The notes: generated by a model not told the origin, from the sequence alone. 17,031 bases of DNA from Candidatus Hadarchaeota archaeon (GCA_040755315.1 JBFMBF010000025.1:1-17031); one strand, 5' to 3'. Counted from the first letter of the stretch, positions 9,228 to 16,698 are shown. Program-made: numbers and translations.

Positions 9228-9926
9228 GTGGGGGAATTGATCAAGCTGATAATGACTGACGTTGACGGGACCATCTCCTTTGAAGGCAGGGAACTCGACC
9301 TCAAGGGGGTGGAGGCCTTGCGGAGGGCCGAGAGTTCTGGCATCCCCGTTGGCCTTGCGACTGGGAATATACTTCCATTTGCGGAGGCCGCGGCCGTCCT
9401 TACAGGGTTGTCGGGGCCAATCATAGCCGAGGATGGTGGAGTGATTTTTGACCAGGTCACCGGAAGGAAAGAGGTGCTGGGGAGCAGGGCCGAGGCGGAC
9501 AGAGGGCTGGCGGCTCTTGAGGAGGAGTTTGGGCCGCTGAAGCAGACAAAGAACTCTCCAGAGAGGCTGACGGGGCTTACCCTTGAGAGGGAGGTTGCCG
9601 TTGAGGATGTAAGAAAAGCTCTCAAGCGGAAGGGATTTGATTTAGTCGCGGTCGACTCTGGCTTTGCAATCCACATCAAGAGTCCGGAGGTCAACAAAGG
9701 CGGCGCCCTCCGGAGGCTGGCCAAGATGATGGGCATCCCGCTGGACCATATTGCAGCCATCGGGGACGGACAGAATGATGTGGAGATGCTGCGAGCGGCT
9801 GGGGTCAGCTTTGCCGTGGCTAACGCATCTGATGAAGTGAAAAAAGCCGGCAAATTTGTGACGAAAGGTTATCACGGGGGAGGGGTCGCCGAGGCTGTGG
9901 AGAAAATCCTCAGCTCTTTTCGCTGA
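9228..9926 (+). CDS. HAD-superfamily (Cof/IIB) hydrolase, archaeal phosphoglycolate phosphatase family
   Basis: Motif I DVDGT, motif II LATGN, VNKG, motif IV IGDGQNDVEM, AVANA. Confidence 0.9.
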   Translation: MGELIKLIMTDVDGTISFEGRELDLKGVEALRRAESSGIPVGLATGNILPFAEAAAVLTGLSGPIIAEDGGVIFDQVTGRKEVLGSRAEADRGLAALEEEFGPLKQTKNSPERLTGLTLEREVAVEDVRKALKRKGFDLVAVDSGFAIHIKSPEVNKGGALRRLAKMMGIPLDHIAAIGDGQNDVEMLRAAGVSFAVANASDEVKKAGKFVTKGYHGGGVAEAVEKILSSFR

Positions 9927-10626
9927 CCCTGAAGTTGAGCGCCAGCCTCTTGAACTCCATGGCGGACGTTGACTTCGGGCTGTGAGTCACCACCGGCTCG
10001 CCTATTGAGGCCGCATGCCTTACGGCGGCGTCCTCGGGTATTGTCGCGAGGACTGGGAGATCAAGCGTCGCCGAGACCTGCTCCTCCGGGATGTCCGAGT
10101 CGCCTCCTTTGGCCCTGGTGACGATCACCCCCAGCAGCTTCAGGCCGAGTTTCTCCGCGATGAGCTTTGTCTTGATGGAGTTGGAGAGGGCAGCGATGTC
10201 GGGCGTGACGACCAGCACTAGGTGGGTGGCCAAGCTCATGGCTGTGATGGCGTCCCTGTCCAGGCCAGACGGGACGTCCACGAGCACATACTCAAACTTT
10301 TTCTCAAGGAACTGGACGACCTGCTTCAGCCGCTCGAGCTTCGCCTTCCTGACACCCTCTAGGACAACGCCTCCCGGGACCACCCTCACCCCCTCGGGGG
10401 CGCGGTGGATGGCCTTGGAGACCTGAGCCTCGCCTGCGAGGACATCATGAAGTGTTGTTTTCTGCCCCTCGAGGCCGAGCATCAGCCCGAGGTTTGCCAT
10501 CATCACGTCGGCGTCTAGGATGACCACGTTCTTGCCGAGCCGCGACATCGCAACCCCGAGGTTCACGGTCACGGTGGTCTTGCCCGAGCCTCCCTTGCTG
10601 CAGCCGAAAGCGACGATGTGTGACAT
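9910..10626 (-). CDS. minD: MinD family ATPase (archaeal type)
   Basis: Deviant Walker A KGGSGKTT, LDADVMMANLGLMLG, TLHDVLAGEA, LVDVPSG, IPEDAAVR; SD GGTGA upstream. Confidence 0.9.
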   Translation of the reverse strand: MSHIVAFGCSKGGSGKTTVTVNLGVAMSRLGKNVVILDADVMMANLGLMLGLEGQKTTLHDVLAGEAQVSKAIHRAPEGVRVVPGGVVLEGVRKAKLERLKQVVQFLEKKFEYVLVDVPSGLDRDAITAMSLATHLVLVVTPDIAALSNSIKTKLIAEKLGLKLLGVIVTRAKGGDSDIPEEQVSATLDLPVLATIPEDAAVRHAASIGEPVVTHSPKSTSAMEFKRLALNFRVSEKS

Positions 10627-10709
10627 TATTTCACCATGCGGGTTTGCCCGATAGTTGATTGACCAAACAAACTAAAAAGCTTGAGAAGGGGCGGGTTGCG
10701 GGTTCCGGC

Positions 10710-11075
10710 TCACCGCGCGGACAGGACGGACTTCACCCTTTCCACTAGCTCCTGCGGCTCAAATGGTTTGGTCATGTAGTCGGAGACGCCGAGCTCGTCC
10801 ATGGTCTTTCTGGATTCAGACTCCATGGTGACGGCCGTGATGAAGAGGACCTTTTGTTTCTTGTTTATTTTTCTCACCCGCTTGTATACCTCCCAGCCGT
10901 CCATGCCGGGCATCATGACGTCGAGCATGACGAGATCCGGCTTTTCCTTCCCATATTCCTCGAGGAACTCTTGGCCACTGTTGTAGCCCTTGACCTTGTG
11001 GCCGGCCTTTTTCAGGATTTTTTCTATGAGCTTCACTATGTCTGGCTCGTCATCAACCGCTATGATTTTCGCCAT
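10710..11075 (-). CDS. Stand-alone response regulator receiver (CheY-like) protein
   Basis: IIAVDDE, phosphoacceptor LVMLDVMMPGMDG, FITA, YMTKPF; 121 aa from ATG 11075, no output domain. Confidence 0.92.
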   Translation of the reverse strand: MAKIIAVDDEPDIVKLIEKILKKAGHKVKGYNSGQEFLEEYGKEKPDLVMLDVMMPGMDGWEVYKRVRKINKKQKVLFITAVTMESESRKTMDELGVSDYMTKPFEPQELVERVKSVLSAR

Positions 11076-11143
11076 ACTTCCATGGTATATCTTCTCAGGG
11101 GTATTAACTTTTACTGATTGAGGGGGATTTTTAGGCGAATGAC

Positions 11144-11833
11144 ATGACAAAGATAGCCCTGATAGCAGACCCACATTCAAATCTACTGGCGCTGGAAGCG
11201 GTCTTCAAAGACATGCCTGGGGTGGATCGGGTGGTATGCGCTGGCGACCTGGTTGGGTATGGGGCGGAGCCGAACGAGGTCGTGGGGCTGTTGAAGTCAA
11301 AGGGCGTCCAGACTGTGAAGGGCAACCACGACCAAGCAGCTCTGACGAGGGACGTCGGCGACCTCAACTCTATTGCGGCGGAGGCTGCCCTCTGGACATC
11401 CCGGAAGCTTTCACAGGAGAGCCTCCGCCACCTCTCCGGCCTCGCAACGGAACTCAGGCTCAAGATTGGGAAGAGCAGGATTTACGTCGTCCACGGGAGC
11501 CCGCGCGACCCCATGAACGAGTACATTTTTCCAGACATCTCAAACCAGGAGCTGGCGAGGCTTGTCGAGGGGGTGGAAGAAGACATCATAGTGCTGGGGC
11601 ACACGCATATTCAGATGAAGCGGATGATTCTCGGGAAGCTGGTCGTAAACCCCGGCGGCGTTGGGCAGCCCCGCGATGGGGATCCGAGAGCCAGCTATGC
11701 CGTCCTGACCATCGAGGAAGATGTCAAGGTGGAGTTCAGGCGGGTGGAGTATGACGTTGCCGCTGCTGCCGAAAAAATAACTGCTGCGGGGCTTCCTGAG
11801 GAACTGGCCTCAAGGCTTTCTCTCGGGTGGTAG
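11144..11833 (+). CDS. Metallophosphoesterase (calcineurin-like, YfcE/MJ0936-related)
   Basis: DPHSN, GDLVGYG, GNHD, VHGSP, GHTH, NPGGVGQPRDGDPRASY. Confidence 0.92.
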   Translation: MTKIALIADPHSNLLALEAVFKDMPGVDRVVCAGDLVGYGAEPNEVVGLLKSKGVQTVKGNHDQAALTRDVGDLNSIAAEAALWTSRKLSQESLRHLSGLATELRLKIGKSRIYVVHGSPRDPMNEYIFPDISNQELARLVEGVEEDIIVLGHTHIQMKRMILGKLVVNPGGVGQPRDGDPRASYAVLTIEEDVKVEFRRVEYDVAAAAEKITAAGLPEELASRLSLGW

Positions 11834-12139
11834 CGGGGCCGGCTCGGCGGGCCCGGCCTGCTTGATTGGCGGAGGAGTTTTCAGCTGCTGGATGGCCAAC
11901 ACCCGCTCGTTGACTATGATGAAGTCCCTGATGGACATCACGGCTGAGAATGGAATCATGACGTTGCCGTCCGGGTCCTTGGGGATTCCCGTGAGAGACT
12001 CCCTTGAGATCGGCTTCACGACCAAGGAGAGTATCTTCCCATCCTTTTCATCGAATGTCATGTCGGCCAACCTCCCTATCTGGAGCCCGCGGTCGGAGAC
12101 CACGCCTATTGCCCGGAGCCTGCTGGCCAATATTTGCAA
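11810..12139 (-). CDS. PRC-barrel domain protein, CdpB-like cell-division candidate
   Basis: ILASRL...VVSDRG..IGRL.DMTFDEKDGKILSLVV...IPFSAVMSIRDFIIV matches the PRC-barrel pattern. TTG start with GAGGT SD; Pro-rich C-terminal tail. Confidence 0.85.
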   Translation of the reverse strand: MQILASRLRAIGVVSDRGLQIGRLADMTFDEKDGKILSLVVKPISRESLTGIPKDPDGNVMIPFSAVMSIRDFIIVNERVLAIQQLKTPPPIKQAGPAEPAPLPPERKP

Positions 12140-12181
12140 GTTATGACCTCTGCCATAAGTTCGGCTTCACCCATATAAAAC

Positions 12182-14437
12182 TTAATAGTGCATCTTTGTC
12201 GTCTCTTCCGCCGCCCGCTTCACCCGCCTCTCCGAGAAATTTTCATACGCGCTATTCAGCTCGGCTGTGATGGATGGCCTGACAGACCCCATGGCCTCGC
12301 GGAAGTTGGAAAGCTTGACCTCCTTCCCCTTTATGTCCTTTCGAAGCACCAGCATTGCGGCCTCCCTGCATAGGGCGGCTATGTCCGCGCCGGAGTAGCT
12401 CTCCAGCTCCTTAGTGAGCTGCTTGATGTCAACATCTTTCGCAAGCGACATCCCCTTCGTGTGGATTTTCAGGATTTCCAGCCTGGCGTTTTCATCCGGT
12501 GCCGGAACTAGTATCAGCCTGTCGAACCTGCCTGGCCTGAGGAGGGCCGGGTCAACGAGGTCCGGTCTGTTGGTTGCGCCGACCACGACTATATTTTCCA
12601 GCTTCTCGAGGCCGTCCATCTCGGTGAGGAGCTGGCTTATGACCCTCTCGGTCACGTGGGAGTCGCCGAAACCAGAGCCGCGCCTCGGCACCAGGGAATC
12701 TATCTCGTCGAAGAAGATGACGGTCGGGGCGGCCATCTTTGCCTTGCGGAAGACCTCCCTGACCCCGCGTTCAGATTCCCCTACCCATTTGCTCAGCAGT
12801 TCTGGCCCCTTGATTGAGATGAAGTTTGCCTCGCTTTCGGTCACCACGGCTCTCGCCAGGAGGGTCTTGCCGGTTCCGGGGGGGCCGTAGAGGAGGATTC
12901 CTCGCGGCGGCTCTATTCCTAGCCTCTTGAAGGCGTCGGGGTGCTTCAGGGGCCACTCCACGGCCTCGCGAAGCTCCTGCTTGGCTAGGTCGAGGCCGCC
13001 TATGTCTTCCCAGCGGACGTCTGGAACCTCTATCAGGACTTCCCTCATGGCGGATGGCTCGGCCACCCTCATGGCGTTGTCGAAGTCGTCTTTCGTCACC
13101 TGTAGCTTTTCAAGCACCTCTGCCGGGATCTCCTTCTCCTCCAGCTTTATCTCGGGGAGGATTTTTCGGAGGGCGCTCATGGCGGCCTCCTTGGCCAGGG
13201 CCTCGAGGTCGGCGCCGACGAAGCCGTGTGTGATGCTGGCGTAGCGGTCCAGGTCGACATCCTTGGCCAGCGGCATCCCCCTCGTGTGGATCTGGAGGAT
13301 TTCCTTCCTGCCGTCCCTGTCGGGGACGCCTATCTCAATCTCGCGGTCGAACCTGCCCGGGCGGCGGAGGGCCGGGTCAAGGGAGTTCACGCGGTTGGTC
13401 GCACCGATGACGATCACCTTCCCCCTGGCCTTCAGCCCGTCTAGGGCGGTGTTCAGGGTGGCCACCACTCTCCTCTCGACCTCTCCCGTCACTTCCTCTC
13501 GCTTGGGGGCGATGGCGTCGAGCTCGTCGATGAACACTATCGAGGGGGCGTTCTTCTCGGCCTGCTCGAAGATTTCCCTTAGCCGCGCTTCAGACTCGCC
13601 GTACCATTTGCTCATTATTTCAGGGCCGTTGATTGAGGTGAAGTTGGCTCCGGACTCGTTCGCAACTGCTTTAGCTATAAGCGTTTTTCCAGTGCCCGGA
13701 GGGCCGTGGAGCAGCACCCCCTTCGGCGGCTCAATCCCCAGCCTGTCGAAGAGCTCTGGGTGCTTGAGCGGGAGCTCTATCATCTCCCTGACCCTCTGGA
13801 GCTCGTCCTTCAGCCCGCCTATGTCCTCGTATGTCACGGCCGGGACTTTTGCCTCCTTCACCTCGACGGCTTCCGGGAGAACCTCCACCTCTGTCGCCTC
13901 GGTGATCAGGACTATGCCGGCGGGGTTGGTGGCTGTGACGACGAATTTCAGCTCGCCCAGCCCGAATGGCCTGAGCACTGCACCGAAGCCGCCGAAAAGA
14001 TCTTGGAAGATGGATTCTTCGGGGGAGGTGGTGGCAATCAGATCCCCCTTTGTCAGGGGCCTTCCTAACAAGTTCCGGCTTACTTCCTCGCCGACCCCCT
14101 CCGGGTTCATGAATTTTATGTGGGGGTCAGCCGGGGCGATTGTCACCCTTTTGGCCTCCTTGACATCTGCCTTCCTCAGGGTCGCCTTCTCCCCGATGGA
14201 TGTCCCGGCGTTGTGGCGGATGAGGCCGTCTATCCTGACGATGGCCGAGCCCTCGTCCTGCGGGAGGCCCCTGATGGCCACCGCACCAGTCGGGCGGGAG
14301 CCTGTTATCTCGACGATGTCTCCCTGCTTCAAACCGAGCTTTTTCATTGTAGACTGCTCGATAAGGGCGAAGCCGCGGTTGACGTATGCCTGGTGGCGGT
14401 TCTCCGCCACGGTGAGCTTGAAATCTTTTTCTGACAT
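12182..14437 (-). CDS. cdc48: CDC48/VCP family AAA+ ATPase
   Basis: N domain plus two AAA modules (GPPGTGKT twice, [28 protein letters not shown]). Start reset to ATG 14437 (MSEKDFK) behind SD GGAGGAGTGA. Confidence 0.97.
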   Translation of the reverse strand: MSEKDFKLTVAENRHQAYVNRGFALIEQSTMKKLGLKQGDIVEITGSRPTGAVAIRGLPQDEGSAIVRIDGLIRHNAGTSIGEKATLRKADVKEAKRVTIAPADPHIKFMNPEGVGEEVSRNLLGRPLTKGDLIATTSPEESIFQDLFGGFGAVLRPFGLGELKFVVTATNPAGIVLITEATEVEVLPEAVEVKEAKVPAVTYEDIGGLKDELQRVREMIELPLKHPELFDRLGIEPPKGVLLHGPPGTGKTLIAKAVANESGANFTSINGPEIMSKWYGESEARLREIFEQAEKNAPSIVFIDELDAIAPKREEVTGEVERRVVATLNTALDGLKARGKVIVIGATNRVNSLDPALRRPGRFDREIEIGVPDRDGRKEILQIHTRGMPLAKDVDLDRYASITHGFVGADLEALAKEAAMSALRKILPEIKLEEKEIPAEVLEKLQVTKDDFDNAMRVAEPSAMREVLIEVPDVRWEDIGGLDLAKQELREAVEWPLKHPDAFKRLGIEPPRGILLYGPPGTGKTLLARAVVTESEANFISIKGPELLSKWVGESERGVREVFRKAKMAAPTVIFFDEIDSLVPRRGSGFGDSHVTERVISQLLTEMDGLEKLENIVVVGATNRPDLVDPALLRPGRFDRLILVPAPDENARLEILKIHTKGMSLAKDVDIKQLTKELESYSGADIAALCREAAMLVLRKDIKGKEVKLSNFREAMGSVRPSITAELNSAYENFSERRVKRAAEETTKMHY

Positions 14438-14439
14438 TT

Positions 14440-14706
14440 TCACTCCTCCACCCTGAACCTGAACCATTTCAGGTGCTCGTCGAACTCCTTAAAGATTTTT
14501 TCGACCATTCTGGCGTACTCCTCTTCTATCATGATGACGCTCTGGCTCACGCGCTCCCAGACATCGTCGGGGATCTCGTCGAGGATGCCGTTGGAGTGGC
14601 TTCTGCCCGATATCGTCTCGTAGTTGTAGCCGAAGAGGGCGCGGTAGAATGACGTCGCCGGGGTGCCGCGCGACTTCACGTCCCACACGATGAGGATTTT
14701 TGGCAT
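14440..14706 (-). CDS. Small hypothetical protein, Cas2/VapD-like ferredoxin-fold candidate
   Basis: 88 aa with TATA box upstream; stop 2 nt before the cdc48 ATG. N-terminal ILIVWDV and internal RVSQSVI resemble Cas2 motifs (fold call by eye only). Confidence 0.75.
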   Translation of the reverse strand: MPKILIVWDVKSRGTPATSFYRALFGYNYETISGRSHSNGILDEIPDDVWERVSQSVIMIEEEYARMVEKIFKEFDEHLKWFRFRVEE

Positions 14707-14713
14707 CGCTCTC

Positions 14714-14765
14714 TTGTTATATTTATAACAACTCCTTTTAAAGCTTTTGTTATATTTATAACAAC
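14714..14765. promoter_or_regulatory. Two identical palindromic operator-like sites flanking a TATA box
   Basis: TTGTTATATTTATAACAAC at 14714-14732 and 14747-14765 (8-2-8 perfect inverted repeat, 33-bp period); minus-strand TTTAAAA at 14736-14742 between them. Confidence 0.85.
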
Positions 14766-14930
14766 GATCCCGCGCCTTTACAAAGCCGGGTCGCCCAAAG
14801 TTTGGCCGGAGGCAGCGGGCCCCGTGACGTGACTAGTATTTTTCTGCAAATATTTCAAGTGTTTCAAGAGCCTCAGAACGAATATTTTCATCCTTTAAGA
14901 AGGGGGTCCGCCCAAAGGTTTGGCGAGAAG

Positions 14931-15404
14931 ATGAACGTCAAATTGGTGGCCGCATTCATCATCGCGATTGCCGCTGCATGCTCGGCCGTTGGCCATGTCG
15001 TGGTAAATTCACCTGCGCCTAACAAAGCCGGGGCGGCGCAGGCTTCGGCCCACATCGAGAGGACGGAGGCCGTGGACCACGTTGTGGACGGCGACACGAT
15101 TTACCTGGTTGGCGGGGAAAAAGTCAGGATGGTCGGGGTTAACACTCCGGAGACCTACCCAACTCCGGAGCTTGGGAGCCTAGAGGCGAAGGAGTTCACT
15201 AAAAGTGTCTGCCAGCCTGGAGCCGAGGTCGGGCTGGATGTCGACGACCTGGAACCGAAGGACAAGTACGGCCGGACGCTGGCGATAGTCTACGTAGAGG
15301 AAAATGGCGGCTGGATGAACCTGAACGCCGAGCTGCTGAGAAGAGGGCTCGCGGAAGTCCTGTACATCCCGCCGTCGGAGTTCAACCCGTACGCGTGGGT
15401 GTGA
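14931..15404 (+). CDS. Thermonuclease (staphylococcal nuclease homologue) with N-terminal signal/anchor
   Basis: VVDGDT, VRMVGVNTPE, DKYGRTLA, NLNAELLRRGLA; hydrophobic N-terminus MNVKLVAAFIIAIAAAC. TTTAAG about 30 nt upstream supports ATG 14931. Confidence 0.9.
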   Translation: MNVKLVAAFIIAIAAACSAVGHVVVNSPAPNKAGAAQASAHIERTEAVDHVVDGDTIYLVGGEKVRMVGVNTPETYPTPELGSLEAKEFTKSVCQPGAEVGLDVDDLEPKDKYGRTLAIVYVEENGGWMNLNAELLRRGLAEVLYIPPSEFNPYAWV

Positions 15405-15419
15405 AAAAATTACGAGTCT

Positions 15420-15466
15420 TGTCAAACGTTTGACATCCCTCAAACACGCGTGATAAACGTTTGACA
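15420..15466. repeat. Tandem 16-bp palindromes in a convergent intergenic region
   Basis: TGTCAAACGTTTGACA (15420-15435, perfect palindrome) and TGATAAACGTTTGACA (15451-15466, 14/16 identical), 31-bp period; extra partial half-site TCAAAC at 15440-15445. Confidence 0.85.
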
Positions 15467-16324
15467 TCACAAAATTCTGACGACCGCGCCAGCCAAGAAC
15501 GCCAGCAGCCCCAACGCCATCCCGACCTTGCAAGCCAGCGACGCTCGCCCGGCCGACCTCTTGCCTCCAGCAATAATCAAAACTGCGGCTATAAACGCGG
15601 CAATTGAAACCGCGACAAGCGCCAGGTACGCCCACCCAAAAATCCCGAGGAAGTATGGCACTGGGGAGACCGCCACCGCCGCCAATATGAAAACAATCGC
15701 CAGCGCCGCCGCCTTGCGAGCTCCGTGCTCGAGCGGAAATGTCTTCAGCCCCATCTTCTTGTCCCCCGGCATATCCTGTATCCCCTTTATCAGCTCCCGC
15801 CCCACCGTGGAGAGGCCCGCCATCAGAGCGAGGACGGAAAGCTCGGCCGAAATCAGAGGCGTCCCGAAAAGGAAGTTCGCCGCAAAGCTGCCGAAGAGAA
15901 AGGTTGACCCAGTCAGGTAGCCGATTGCCAGGTTCCCAACGAGGCCTCGCCGCTTGAGCCTCCAGGAGTAGGCGACAAGCACCAGCGAGTTGGCGGCGGC
16001 GAGGGCAAGCGCGAAAAAGCCGAGGAATGCAGATAGAAACACTCCGACTGCAAAAAGGGCCTGGGCCCTCTTCAGCGCTTCTTCTGCTGTGAGTCTGCCG
16101 GAAGGGATTGGCCTCCCCGGCCTATTCACCTTGTCTATCTTCCAGTCAAAATAATCGTTTATCGCGTTGCCCCCGGCGGCGACAATCGCGGCCGCCATGA
16201 ACGGGATAATCAGCGGCCAGAAGAGGACGCGCAGGGGGCCTATGGCAACAGCGGAGCCTATGACAACCGCCAGCCCCGTGATGGCGCAATTCAGTGGCCT
16301 TGCTAGCTCGAGAGTCGGAGACAA
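15467..16324 (-). CDS. Digeranylgeranylglyceryl phosphate synthase (UbiA prenyltransferase family)
   Basis: ARPLN, GNAINDYFDWKIDKVNRPGRPIPSG, YSWRLK, GLVGN, RELIKGIQDMPGD; multiple TM helices; TTG start. Confidence 0.9.
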   Translation of the reverse strand: MSPTLELARPLNCAITGLAVVIGSAVAIGPLRVLFWPLIIPFMAAAIVAAGGNAINDYFDWKIDKVNRPGRPIPSGRLTAEEALKRAQALFAVGVFLSAFLGFFALALAAANSLVLVAYSWRLKRRGLVGNLAIGYLTGSTFLFGSFAANFLFGTPLISAELSVLALMAGLSTVGRELIKGIQDMPGDKKMGLKTFPLEHGARKAAALAIVFILAAVAVSPVPYFLGIFGWAYLALVAVSIAAFIAAVLIIAGGKRSAGRASLACKVGMALGLLAFLAGAVVRIL

Positions 16325-16532
16325 ACGGATGTTTCCACCCGCTACTGACAGATGTGGGTCACCTCAAAAGGTCTTCGGACGGACTTTCACGCAGACCAGC
16401 GAATACTTTCGCCCACGCCCAATATTGAAAAACAGTATAATGGCTGCAATTTCCCCCTTTTCCGAGTTTTTAAGCAGCTTTTAAACAATACTTTAGCTGA
16501 CCTCTCTCCCCAAAATCGGCTTAAATCGCACC

Positions 16533-16683
16533 GCCAATGAACGGGGCAGAGGATGAAAATGTCCGCCATCTGCAAAATAAAAAAAGCACGGGTGTGCAAC
16601 CCACTCCTCATCAACTCCTCTGTGGGGGAGGAGAGGTGGGCGGCAGGGTTCGATTCCCTGCGCTGGCAAACCACGCGCCGCTT
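16533..16683 (+). ncRNA. Putative structured tRNA-like RNA element or leader (not a canonical tRNA)
   Basis: Perfect T arm GCAGGG-TTCGATT-CCCTGC (16643-16661), preceded by a long hairpin (16600-16640) and smaller hairpins; no canonical cloverleaf spacing. Confidence 0.45.
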
Positions 16684-16698
16684 TAACCGGAGGATAAA

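Noticed and set aside
9910..10626. Reading the MinD-family gene as the ParA partner of the parS-like site
   Set aside because: Its motifs (DADVMMANL, TLHDVLAG) are MinD-type rather than Soj/ParA-type, and no parB gene is adjacent.
133..14437. Inteins in the common host genes rfcS, radA and cdc48
   Set aside because: All three have normal lengths and uninterrupted Walker A regions.
13263..14456. 397-aa plus-strand ORF and similar Ser/Pro-rich ORFs opposite rpa, radA, hmgA and the HAD gene
   Set aside because: Antisense mirrors of well-supported genes with typical antisense composition.
14714..14765. Mini-CRISPR interpretation of the two 19-bp repeats next to the Cas2-like gene
   Set aside because: Only two units; the repeat (19 bp) and spacer (14 bp) are too short, the spacer is the TATA box, and there is no cas1. 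An operator fits better.
14802..14930. Upstream extensions in the ORF track (also 4782, 4818, 6144, 11180, 14467)
   Set aside because: They overlap promoters or neighbouring genes; downstream starts fit SD/TATA positions and family N-termini better.
16425..16441. TTGAAA and TATAAT resembling a bacterial sigma70 promoter
   Set aside because: Spacing is 5 nt instead of about 17, and the context is archaeal.
16533..16668. Intron-containing tRNA-Cys reading (GCCA.. start, GGCAGAG, CT-GCA-AA at 16570-16576)
   Set aside because: D-arm spacing is wrong, the anticodon stem has a G-G mismatch and the required BHB central helix does not form.
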